IMG/VR virus record: IMGVR_UViG_3300032770_000004
Location: 47,375-79,374 of that record
Strand: one strand, 5' to 3'
DNA length: 32,000 bases
DNA from: a virus
Part shown: one piece after another, positions 14,241 through 22,581 of the stretch
How positions within the stretch are numbered: the stretch's first letter is position 1
Layout of the letters: every line of letters begins with the position of its first letter
The notes under the pieces: generated by a model
The model's database searches: none
Told to the model about the DNA's origin: nothing
Seen by the model: the letters and a program-made list of their open reading frames with translations, nothing else
Made by a program: the position numbers and the translations under genes

Positions 14241-17024
14241 ATGTCAGCAACAAAGGACAAGCGAAAGGTCGCTAGTGTCGCCGTTATCCACGGCGGCAGG
14301 TTGCTATGGCTTTTGCGTGATGATTCCAAGAAGCTCTGCCTTCCTGGCGGCAAGTTTGAGGAAGGCGAGGAACCTCTCGACGCTGCTGTCCGTGAACTGA
14401 AAGAAGAGACCGGCATCGACGCTGAGCCCAAAGAGCTAGAGTTCTTGGGCAGCGAGAACGTGCCCGGTACCAAGCTCCACGTCTATTCGTTTAAGTATGA
14501 GCCAGAGAAAGCTCCCGAAATCGACCTTTCCAAGGATCCAGATAAGGAAGCGTGTGGCTATCACTGGTTCGAGGAACTTCCTTCTGAGGAAGAGCAATTC
14601 GTACCACAGGAGAGGAATGTCACGCTGCGTCTCCTTGGAATGGCCGTTCAAGACCTGAACAAGATGGCCATCAAGGACATTCGACCAGGACCAAAAATTG
14701 GATCCGACCGCATCTTTGACTATTCCCATATCCATCCTGGCTTGACAATTCACGAAATTCCCTTTTCGGACAAATGGCATCATCCTCATGTATTGGTAGC
14801 GAACATTCAACATGATCCTGAAAATTACTCGGAACAGTCGAATGTAGAAGGTACCCTCCTTGCGAACGGAATTCATGGTATTCCCGATCTGAATTTTACT
14901 TATTCGGAAGTTCATCCTGAACATCGAGGCCAAGGAATTGGCCGTAAAATGTATGAAGCCCTGATGGCACATGCGCTTCATAATTACGGCACTACCAGGG
15001 TTGTAGGCGGCCTTCACAGCACGCTAGCTCACGAAGCCCACAAGAAGCTATCTCAGAAGCACGGGTTTGAAGGCTATGACCCCAAACCCAATTGGGATCC
15101 AGAGTTTGAAGAGGAGCCTTTTCGCGGTCCATTCAATGATGCTTACGGAAAGTACTCCTATACCATCAAGTCCGAAAGCCTAGCTAAGTCTCAGCCAGAA
15201 TGGCGATCCAAGGATGGTCTGAAGATTCCTAAGAGTGGCACGCCTGCGCGTAAAGATTGGGATAAGGAATACCACAAGCGCCTTGTTGACGTATTCGCTG
15301 GTGGCGACAAAGAGCGTCTTAAGCTCGTGAAGATTCCGGTTACTCCAGCTCTTTCTGGAACCAATTTCGCTGGCAATAAGGATCGCTTGAATCTCTACTC
15401 TCGCATGATTCGTGGCGGCGACAAACTGCCTCCTGCTGTCGTTAAGCGTAATGGCATCGGCTGGCATGTCGTGGATGGCAATCATCGTGCCCAGGCTGCC
15501 TTGAATGCCCAGGTTCCCGAAATGCTCGCGTACGAGTTGATTGATCCTCCGAAGATGAAGAAGGCCGAAGAACCCTTCAAGGGTCTGGCCGAGCATATTG
15601 TTGGCTCGCTGACTGATGATTTACGAAAGCCCAAGTATAAGGGTCACGAGAACCCACTCGCAGGACACTGCTACGTCGCTTCAGAGGCTCTCTGGCACAT
15701 GTTGGGAGGCCCCGATAGTGGCTGGGTACCCCAGACAATTCGGCACGAAAACGACACGCACTGGTACCTGAAGCACAAGGACACCGGCAAGATTCTAGAT
15801 TTGACAGCTGGTCAGTTTAAGACACCAGTTCTCTACGATAAAGGTCGTGGTTGCGGATTCCTGACCAAAGAACCGTCGAAACTAGCCAAGGAATTGATCA
15901 ATCGAATCAACGTTCGACGCGCCCAGAAGAACGATCCAACCCTGAAGAAGGGTGTTCCTGGAGCTATGCTCGCAGCTGGTCTTTTGGCATCGCCTATTCA
16001 CACCGATGTGATGAAGCAGCCAGAACCAAAGGTCCAGCAACAACAAGTAGCTGCCTGGACTCCTGATGGACTAGATTCAGACCTAATTCCAATCGCTCAT
16101 CTGGAATCGAGCTTTGGCAAGAACATCAATCACGCTCCCAACCCAAAGGGCGAGTATTACACCGCTTACGGTGCCGTTGGCATGAAGCCAGTGACAGCCC
16201 ATGAAGAGTACAATAAGAATCAAACCCTTCAGAAGCTCTATCCGAACCTCAAGGATCCTGCTGAATTCATGAAGGCGATGAAGACTATCCCCCGCTTCTA
16301 CAATCTATTGGCATCAACACACTTCGCCCGGATGAAGCACCTCCATGGGTCTGCCGCCAAGGCCGCCTATGCATGGAGGCATGGCCATACTGCCGCTATG
16401 GGCGCATCTCCAGAACAAATTGACAGCGACTTGTATGTCCAAAAGTACCGCCATCTTGCGTCTCAGGCAGGTCTACAGAAAGGTGAGGACTTGATGAAAG
16501 CGATCAGCGACCTAAAGCCCGGTAAGCCAATGGATTTTGGGGTCGATTCTCAGTACTACGATTACAGCCATCTATTGGGATCTCCTGTTCTCAAAAAGAA
16601 GTACAAAATCATCCTCGCTCAAGCTCCCAATAGCTATCGTAATGGCCATCACCTCGAAGCCAAGATTTTCCATAGACCACCAGGAATGAGCAAAGAACAG
16701 GCGGCCGATTGGACTAACTGGCAGAACATTGGTCACCTTAGAAGCAATACAGCCGGACGGTTACTTTACCCATCAGTGGCCAAGTTAGATCCAGCCCATC
16801 AAGGTCGTGGACTAGGCAAGGCCTTGTATCTCGCTACTTTCAAGCACGGCCAGCACTTCTTAAAGACCCACACCATTGCCGGTGAAGTTCACAGCTCCAT
16901 GGCCCATCGTGTCCACGAATCAATCGCCAAGGAACACGGTCTCGCCTACAATGCCCACAAGTACGGACCAGAGATTGGCCCGAATGATGGTGCGTACGGC
17001 GAATACGAATACGCCCTGAAATAA
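14241..17024 (+). CDS. 927-aa polyvalent multidomain protein (NUDIX, GNAT-like, ParB-like, SLT-like, GNAT-like)
   Basis: Perfect NUDIX box GKFEEGEEPLDAAVRELKEETGI. GNAT motif A-like HRGQGIGRKMYEAL and HQGRGLGKALYLAT. ParB/sulfiredoxin-like VVDGNHRA. SLT-like LESSFGKN...AYGAVGMKP. GAGG SD. Confidence 0.85.
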   Translation: MSATKDKRKVASVAVIHGGRLLWLLRDDSKKLCLPGGKFEEGEEPLDAAVRELKEETGIDAEPKELEFLGSENVPGTKLHVYSFKYEPEKAPEIDLSKDPDKEACGYHWFEELPSEEEQFVPQERNVTLRLLGMAVQDLNKMAIKDIRPGPKIGSDRIFDYSHIHPGLTIHEIPFSDKWHHPHVLVANIQHDPENYSEQSNVEGTLLANGIHGIPDLNFTYSEVHPEHRGQGIGRKMYEALMAHALHNYGTTRVVGGLHSTLAHEAHKKLSQKHGFEGYDPKPNWDPEFEEEPFRGPFNDAYGKYSYTIKSESLAKSQPEWRSKDGLKIPKSGTPARKDWDKEYHKRLVDVFAGGDKERLKLVKIPVTPALSGTNFAGNKDRLNLYSRMIRGGDKLPPAVVKRNGIGWHVVDGNHRAQAALNAQVPEMLAYELIDPPKMKKAEEPFKGLAEHIVGSLTDDLRKPKYKGHENPLAGHCYVASEALWHMLGGPDSGWVPQTIRHENDTHWYLKHKDTGKILDLTAGQFKTPVLYDKGRGCGFLTKEPSKLAKELINRINVRRAQKNDPTLKKGVPGAMLAAGLLASPIHTDVMKQPEPKVQQQQVAAWTPDGLDSDLIPIAHLESSFGKNINHAPNPKGEYYTAYGAVGMKPVTAHEEYNKNQTLQKLYPNLKDPAEFMKAMKTIPRFYNLLASTHFARMKHLHGSAAKAAYAWRHGHTAAMGASPEQIDSDLYVQKYRHLASQAGLQKGEDLMKAISDLKPGKPMDFGVDSQYYDYSHLLGSPVLKKKYKIILAQAPNSYRNGHHLEAKIFHRPPGMSKEQAADWTNWQNIGHLRSNTAGRLLYPSVAKLDPAHQGRGLGKALYLATFKHGQHFLKTHTIAGEVHSSMAHRVHESIAKEHGLAYNAHKYGPEIGPNDGAYGEYEYALK

Positions 17025-17027
17025 CCC

Positions 17028-17033
17028 TAATCT
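17028..17033 (+). promoter_or_regulatory. TAATCT element 8 nt upstream of ATG 17042
   Basis: Lies in the 17-nt gap between the two giant genes. Confidence 0.35.
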
Positions 17034-17041
17034 AGTTAGGG

Positions 17042-19168
17042 ATGGAAGACGGAATTGAGCAGTTACTACAGGTAGATGATCCGATTGAGCGCAAGCTTGC
17101 TCTCAAGTCGAAGATTGTCGAGCCTTATCATCTTCGAATGGCACTCATGGATGAAGATCCAGATGTTCGCCTTGCCGCAGCCAAACATCCCAGTCTCACG
17201 CCAGAACTGATTAAGGAAGTCTTGCGTGGTGATGACAAATGGCTAGCAGAGCAGATTCTTCAACGTCCTGATTTGCGCCCAGAAGAGCTTGAGCACGCTT
17301 TAGCCGATCCAGACCTTAGGGGAACCGCAGCCAAGCATCCAGCGCTCTCTGAAGCCCAGCGGAACGCCTTAATCGAGGATCCTGAGACCCCAGACGGAGC
17401 CAGAGAACAGGCAGCCCAGGGCCTCATCAAGAACATTGGCGTGTTGACATATCCGCAGCTCGGTGAAGGCCGAGCCTATTCCATGCCGATGATTATTGAC
17501 CACCGTCCTGATGACAATATTCGTGGAACTACTGTCTACAACGCTAAGCGTACTCAGCCGATGAAGCCGGGCCAGGGTTATCTCTATAGCCACACCTCGG
17601 GCCATAATCCACAGGCCGAGCATGCTGGTGAAAGCCACGAAGCACAGCACATTCTCTTTGCCAAGCTTAAGCAGCGTTTCGGCCGCGAGGCTGGTTATCG
17701 CATCATCGCCAACACGCTTGCCGGTCTTGACCATGAGCATCGCCAGCATGTCTTCAATCTTCTGGACGCACATAAGCCCAAGTCTGCTCAGGATCCAATC
17801 CAGCGACCGGAAGAGGCTATTGCATATCTCCACAACTACCTGATGGATCCAGACCATCGACGCCAAGTTCATGTCAATATGCGTATCAGCCAGAACATTA
17901 ACGCCATGCGCGCGAGCGTGCAGAAGGCACGTAAGGCTTGGCATATGCTACGTGCTAGAGCTGAGGCTCTACGTCCAGAGGAAGTGGGCGTGCAGGTCAA
18001 GAAAGACGAACAGGTCATCGGTGATTGGGTTGAGAAGCTCAAGAAAAGCCAAGACGTTGATGATCCAAAAGTTGCAGACCATGTCGGAATGGACATGAAG
18101 CTGCCTGTTTTGTTACAGGCGGTCAAGTTCCTAACAGGCAAGGAGTTGGATCCAAGCATCGTACGACGCCATCTTATTGAGCAGGACGATGACATGAAGG
18201 AAGCCGTTCTTGCGGCAGCCGGTTTGACATCAAAAGAAGAACGCAAAGCTTTTGATGCCATTATGGATTTAGCTGAGCTGAATAAGTCTGAGGCAAAAGT
18301 AGACGCCAAAGACATTCAGGCACTTCTACCAGAAGATGAGCCTGTCGCTAAAGAAGTCCGCTGGTCATTCCAGCACGGAGAAGTCAAACCCGTAAAGCTC
18401 GGCGGTAAACACAGTAAGGGCACGTTGCTAGCAAAGGATTCAGACGGTCGCCTGCTTCTAATCAAGCCTGGATCCGGCAAGATTTCGCCAATCCGTGGAG
18501 CGCGCGAGGAAAAGGCCAATCAATCCCGTCGCGAGGCTGCATTCTCGTCTGTGGCTCGTTCTTGGGGTTTCAATCGTACTGTCCCTAGGGCTACGCTTCT
18601 AATCATCGATGGCAAGGAAATGGCGGTTATTGACATGTTGCCTTTGGATTGGTCGAATCTTCACAAGACTCGCATGGTGGATCCAACCGTTCCACAGAAG
18701 GCACTACGTGACTATCTAGACAGAGGTATTGTTCACAAATGGGCCGTGCTCGATTATGTACTCGGCAATGGAGATCGCCATGGTATGAACATGATGGTAT
18801 CGCCAGCCGATGAAAATCACAAGATCGCTCTCATTGACCATGGGTCGGCATTTGCTGGTTCTTCATTTGATCCTGGCCAGGACAAGAGCGCCTTTGTGCC
18901 CTACTATCTGCGCGCCTGGGGTCCACAGAAGGGCTTCATGAAGCTTAGCGAGAAGCAAAAGCTCGATACGATGCCCGTTCTTCACGAAACAAAGGATTTC
19001 GAACTACGAGATTGGATCGTCAAGCTCTCTGAAGAGGAGCTTGCTGCCCGTCTTCACCGTTTTGGCATCAACCCAGAACCAAGCGTTGAGCGCCTAAAAG
19101 CACTCAAGAATGCTGTGGCTCAAGCCAAGAGCGCGTCGCGTGTAATCAACGAGTTCTGGATCAAGTAA
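17042..19168 (+). CDS. 708-aa protein: N-terminal LRV/HEAT-like repeats plus C-terminal PI3/PI4-kinase-like catalytic domain
   Basis: Repeats DPDVRLAAAKHPSLTPELI and DPDLRGTAAKHPALSEAQ. Catalytic loop LGNGDRHGMNMMV at 18764-18790, and IDHGSAF at 18833-18853. Confidence 0.8.
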   Translation: MEDGIEQLLQVDDPIERKLALKSKIVEPYHLRMALMDEDPDVRLAAAKHPSLTPELIKEVLRGDDKWLAEQILQRPDLRPEELEHALADPDLRGTAAKHPALSEAQRNALIEDPETPDGAREQAAQGLIKNIGVLTYPQLGEGRAYSMPMIIDHRPDDNIRGTTVYNAKRTQPMKPGQGYLYSHTSGHNPQAEHAGESHEAQHILFAKLKQRFGREAGYRIIANTLAGLDHEHRQHVFNLLDAHKPKSAQDPIQRPEEAIAYLHNYLMDPDHRRQVHVNMRISQNINAMRASVQKARKAWHMLRARAEALRPEEVGVQVKKDEQVIGDWVEKLKKSQDVDDPKVADHVGMDMKLPVLLQAVKFLTGKELDPSIVRRHLIEQDDDMKEAVLAAAGLTSKEERKAFDAIMDLAELNKSEAKVDAKDIQALLPEDEPVAKEVRWSFQHGEVKPVKLGGKHSKGTLLAKDSDGRLLLIKPGSGKISPIRGAREEKANQSRREAAFSSVARSWGFNRTVPRATLLIIDGKEMAVIDMLPLDWSNLHKTRMVDPTVPQKALRDYLDRGIVHKWAVLDYVLGNGDRHGMNMMVSPADENHKIALIDHGSAFAGSSFDPGQDKSAFVPYYLRAWGPQKGFMKLSEKQKLDTMPVLHETKDFELRDWIVKLSEEELAARLHRFGINPEPSVERLKALKNAVAQAKSASRVINEFWIK

Positions 19169-19399
19169 TTATCTCTCGTTGGCGTCGTACCAGAGGGCAC
19201 CACCGACAAATGCGCTAACGACGCCAACTACCACGCCGATCCCGACCGCGAGCACCGCGCCGTCACCACTCCAAGCGACTCCACCGACGAAGCTAACTGC
19301 TCGACAGAACAGCACGAACAGCGGACCCATTGCGAGCCCCAGCGCGATCACGAAGATCGTGCCGATCCACTTCAGGTTCAGATTGATGTTGAGATGCAT
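19169..19399 (-). CDS. small Gly/Val-rich membrane protein (2-3 TM)
   Basis: ORF track. Its stop abuts the + strand stop (TAATTA). About 59% GC by hand count, visibly above the flanking sequence. Confidence 0.6.
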   Translation of the reverse strand: MHLNINLNLKWIGTIFVIALGLAMGPLFVLFCRAVSFVGGVAWSGDGAVLAVGIGVVVGVVSAFVGGALWYDANER

Positions 19400-19402
19400 G
19401 GC

Positions 19403-19759
19403 TTAAATCACCTGGGTAGAGGTCTTCTCGGCCTTCTCGGCGGCCTTGATCGCCCTGTCGAATGCCTTCAGAACCTGCTTCTTGGTGCGTCGCTTGTTAT
19501 CGTTCCAGGTTGGAATGGAGCTGGATTCACCCGCCCGATGGGGAATTACTTTCTCCAGGAAGGAGAAGGCAACGGTACTATGCTGCATGCCAGCCGCACG
19601 GAAGATCGCACCTGTTGCGCAGCATTTGGAAACAGCCCTGCTGTACTCGCTCACTATCCCACCCTTCTTATCAACAGCGTAGTGGCCCTGGCACCACCCC
19701 TTGGTTACGATCTTCTTGGCTTCTTTGAGAACTTCGACTGGTGTTTTGCTTTTCTTCAT
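19403..19759 (-). CDS. hypothetical protein (KGWCQGHYAVD...CCATGA motif)
   Basis: AAGGA SD; ORF track. Confidence 0.65.
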   Translation of the reverse strand: MKKSKTPVEVLKEAKKIVTKGWCQGHYAVDKKGGIVSEYSRAVSKCCATGAIFRAAGMQHSTVAFSFLEKVIPHRAGESSSIPTWNDNKRRTKKQVLKAFDRAIKAAEKAEKTSTQVI

Positions 19760-19831
19760 TTGGTTCCTTGATTGATTCAGTTGTTAGTACCGCAGCAGGC
19801 GCATTTTCTTTCGTACCATGAGAAGACCAAA

Positions 19832-19848
19832 ACCAACCAGTGGTTGGT
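19832..19848. other. 17-bp perfect palindrome ACCAACCA-G-TGGTTGGT
   Basis: Lies between two - strand genes. On the - strand it is followed by TTTGGTCTT, so it could be a terminator or an operator. Confidence 0.5.
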
Positions 19849-19880
19849 CACTCGTCGGCATTTCTTGCAAAAGAGCTGGA

Positions 19881-20084
19881 TCATCGCTCCTCGTTCCGTT
19901 CAATTTGACACAACACGTTGATTGCGGCCATGATCCAGTTGGCGGGAGCCGGACTAACCTGGAAGCTTTCCAGCTCCTCTCGGCACAACTGATTGAAAGT
20001 CTTGGGGTTAATGCCATCAAGTCCATATGCGAGTCGCTGGAGACGGGCATATTCACGACGGGCAGCTTCATAATTCAAGATCAT
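19881..20084 (-). CDS. hypothetical protein
   Basis: ORF track. Preceded by a promoter-like element with its ATG 6 nt after the -10. Confidence 0.55.
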   Translation of the reverse strand: MILNYEAARREYARLQRLAYGLDGINPKTFNQLCREELESFQVSPAPANWIMAAINVLCQIERNEER

Positions 20085-20090
20085 GATACT

Positions 20091-20119
20091 ATCCTATCAT
20101 CTGGAAATGACAACGTCAA
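20091..20119 (-). promoter_or_regulatory. sigma70-type promoter, predicted leaderless
   Basis: On the - strand: TTGACG, 17 nt, TAGGAT, 6 nt, ATG 20084. Confidence 0.45.
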
Positions 20120-20124
20120 GCCCC

Positions 20125-20131
20125 GTAATCT
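20125..20131 (+). promoter_or_regulatory. GTAATCT element 7 nt upstream of ATG 20139
   Basis: Lies in the divergent intergenic region 20085-20138. Confidence 0.45.
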
Positions 20132-20138
20132 TTGGGGT

Positions 20139-20453
20139 ATGACGAATATTCCAGCAGCGCAGATTGAACTCAAAAAGAAGATCGGTACCGCAAAAGGTAA
20201 AGACGTTTGGCACGTCAAAACTAAGGGCGGCTTGCACCTCATTACGGATTCTGGCGGCCGACTGCTTGGATCCGGTCCTCACCGTTCTGTCGCCCGCTTC
20301 CTGGCACAGAAGTTCGAGCCTGATGTAGTGTTCACCGAGCTAAGCAAGAGCGACCACTACGATTACGATGACTTCAAGCACCTCCTGCCCGAATACGAAG
20401 CTCTGACCGAACACATGCGTCAACTTCAGGAAGAAATGAAGAAGCAGGAGTAA
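20139..20453 (+). CDS. hypothetical protein
   Basis: The ORF-track start at 19818 overlaps the antisense genes, so I trimmed to ATG 20139, which follows GTAATCT. Confidence 0.6.
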   Translation: MTNIPAAQIELKKKIGTAKGKDVWHVKTKGGLHLITDSGGRLLGSGPHRSVARFLAQKFEPDVVFTELSKSDHYDYDDFKHLLPEYEALTEHMRQLQEEMKKQE

Positions 20454-20456
20454 CCG

Positions 20457-21404
20457 ATGGCTCGCCAGCCGGTAGAAGATATCCTCACAACGATTCCGCA
20501 GGAGCGGATCAGTTTTGACAACGACGCATTTGATGCGATGCTTCGTAGTCAGGGCGTGAAGCTTGTTCACTATCAGGCCATGCGCTGTCCGGTTGGAATG
20601 ACTGCACTCGATGACAATCGACGTCCACATGAGGACCATGCAGGTTGCACTAATGGTTTCATATACAAGAAAGTTGGTGTCATTACCGCGCTTTTTGTTG
20701 GCAACAGCAAGCACAAGAATCCTTCTGACCTTGGCTATTGGGATGGGAGCACTGTTCAGGTTTCATTTCCTCGCTATTATGATCAGGCTGAGGATTGTCC
20801 AGCTGATGACAAACAGGAAATTTTCGTAGCTCCGTTCGACCGCTTCTACCTACATGAAGAATCGATTGTGGTGCCGACGTGGCAGCTCTTTCTTCATCAT
20901 GAGTCTGGCATCGACCGCCTCAAGTATCCTCCGATTAAGGTTCAAGCTCTCATGGATTCTCAGGGGATCAGCTATACTGAGGGCGCCGATTTTGTCATGT
21001 TTAGCAATCAGCTTAAGTGGATTGGACGTCAACCCTCTGAGCAGATGACCGTAGGCCCAGGATTGACAACGGCTCTGGCGCCAGATGGCACGGACCCTAC
21101 TGACATTGCTGGAATCAACATTCAGAACTCTGGCGATTCTACGCGTGGCTCTGTATGCAGCGTGCGCTATCTTTATCGTCCGTTTTGGTATGTTGGCCAA
21201 ATCATTCATGAGATCCGCGTTACCCAGGAAACTAATGCCTATGGTGACCGCTCTCTTAAGCGTGCTCCCCAGCAGGTCATGTTGCATCGCGAATATGTCC
21301 CGTTGACAAAACAGGCCGATGAGCCTGGAAGTCCTGGAACGACAAGCTCTGACAGCTTCAGGCTCATGCCTGGGCCCGCTGATGGCGGCTTTGGCCCTAA
21401 GTAA
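20457..21404 (+). CDS. hypothetical protein, probable virion protein
   Basis: AGGAG SD; ORF track. Confidence 0.7.
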   Translation: MARQPVEDILTTIPQERISFDNDAFDAMLRSQGVKLVHYQAMRCPVGMTALDDNRRPHEDHAGCTNGFIYKKVGVITALFVGNSKHKNPSDLGYWDGSTVQVSFPRYYDQAEDCPADDKQEIFVAPFDRFYLHEESIVVPTWQLFLHHESGIDRLKYPPIKVQALMDSQGISYTEGADFVMFSNQLKWIGRQPSEQMTVGPGLTTALAPDGTDPTDIAGINIQNSGDSTRGSVCSVRYLYRPFWYVGQIIHEIRVTQETNAYGDRSLKRAPQQVMLHREYVPLTKQADEPGSPGTTSSDSFRLMPGPADGGFGPK

Positions 21405-21407
21405 TCT
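21401..21407 (+). promoter_or_regulatory. GTAATCT element 7 nt upstream of ATG 21415
   Basis: Overlaps the upstream stop codon. Confidence 0.4.
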
Positions 21408-21414
21408 AACCACC

Positions 21415-22155
21415 ATGAACGATGTCTCTTTCCAGTTTCTTGTAGGCGTTCTTGGTAGCGATGGCGCTAAGGTCTTAAAGAAGGCCACCGAACGCGTTTC
21501 CGACCTGGATCGCCTCCTGGTACCCCGCTCGGCATTATCCTGGGTGATGTCTCGTTCTTCGTTTGAAGGTGCTATTCCAGGTATGGACAACAGTTACCTA
21601 AAATTCGCCAAGTCTGAGGCTGGCTTTGATGGGATGGTCATGGTCCGTGACATTCCTATTGACTTTCAAGGAGCCAGTCCGGAATACGTAGCCGCTGCGA
21701 TTGGTGTAGCTGTTGGTATTGAAGGCGTAAGCCCCGAAGTAAATGACAAAACCTTGATGAAGTTCGGCAAGTCCATCGATGTGCTGGTACAGGCGCAGAG
21801 CCTTATCAAGTCCATGGCGAAGATCGAGCTGCCCGGCCAGACTGCTAAGCCTCTACCGCAAGGTGGGCCAATAGCTGCGACCGCACCCCAGAAGCAGCCG
21901 AAGATGAGTAAGCCCAAGCTTCCTAGGCCCTCGAAGGTTCCAGCTCTGAAAGTAGAGAAATCCGAGGCAGAGCATACCTGTGATAAGTGTGGCAAGCAGC
22001 TTTTCAACGACGGCAGATTTAAGCCCTGCATCTGCTTTGCTGACCTATCAAAGTCGATTCGTGTCACAACCTATAAAGATGGATGGGTGCTAGAATTCAA
22101 TGGGTCGGTCGATCATGAATCTGTACGGGCGCTTTCGAAAGTATTCAAGAGGTGA
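21415..22155 (+). CDS. hypothetical protein with C-terminal CDKCG...CICF motif
   Basis: The ORF-track start at 21319 overlaps the upstream gene; ATG 21415 follows GTAATCT. Confidence 0.65.
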   Translation: MNDVSFQFLVGVLGSDGAKVLKKATERVSDLDRLLVPRSALSWVMSRSSFEGAIPGMDNSYLKFAKSEAGFDGMVMVRDIPIDFQGASPEYVAAAIGVAVGIEGVSPEVNDKTLMKFGKSIDVLVQAQSLIKSMAKIELPGQTAKPLPQGGPIAATAPQKQPKMSKPKLPRPSKVPALKVEKSEAEHTCDKCGKQLFNDGRFKPCICFADLSKSIRVTTYKDGWVLEFNGSVDHESVRALSKVFKR

Positions 22156-22158
22156 TAC

Positions 22159-22581
22159 ATGGGTAAGGATCTATACTGGCTTGGACGAAAGATTGTCCAC
22201 CCTTCTCATGCTGATGACCTTGAGCACAATGCGGCTCTATTTGAGTTTGAGCATGGTCTTCCTAGGAAGGAAGCCGAAGCTCGTGCCTACGATGATTATC
22301 GTAAATCGCATCATCGAGATGGGGCGGCGCATCATTTAAGGGGAATGAAGGCCGCTCAGGCTGCTGGTGATATGGGCGAGGCACGCAAGCACGGTATCGC
22401 CTTCGCTATGCACATGGAAGCCCTCGGTCATGACCCCATGGACGAAGTCCCTGAAGAGATTCGATCGCTGGCCGAAGGTGATGACAAAAAGCCGTTCGCG
22501 AAGTTCAAGGCCCACCGTGGAGACTCTTTCTTCCTTGACAAGGAACCGAAAGGGACTACTGTGTGGACACCCTTCGTATGA
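22159..22581 (+). CDS. His-rich hypothetical protein
   Basis: GAGGTG SD; ORF track. Confidence 0.7.
   Translation: MGKDLYWLGRKIVHPSHADDLEHNAALFEFEHGLPRKEAEARAYDDYRKSHHRDGAAHHLRGMKAAQAAGDMGEARKHGIAFAMHMEALGHDPMDEVPEEIRSLAEGDDKKPFAKFKAHRGDSFFLDKEPKGTTVWTPFV

Noticed and set aside
17636-17650. A HEAQH (HExxH) string in the middle of the kinase-like protein, considered as a zinc-metalloprotease site.
   Set aside because: A five-residue pattern with no flanking metzincin or gluzincin features is too likely to arise by chance.
19818-20138. The N-terminal 107 codons of the + strand ORF 19818-20453.
   Set aside because: This part overlaps the - strand gene 19881-20084 and its promoter. The plausible protein starts at ATG 20139, right after a GTAATCT element.
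20850-21590. The - strand ORF of 246 aa, and similar antisense ORFs at 4350-4799, 14436-15017, 17369-17944, 24307-24909 and 29641-30363.
   Set aside because: Each lies fully inside a better-supported gene on the other strand that has recognisable motifs or coupling signals. Their translations are Arg/Ser-rich, which is typical of antisense frames.
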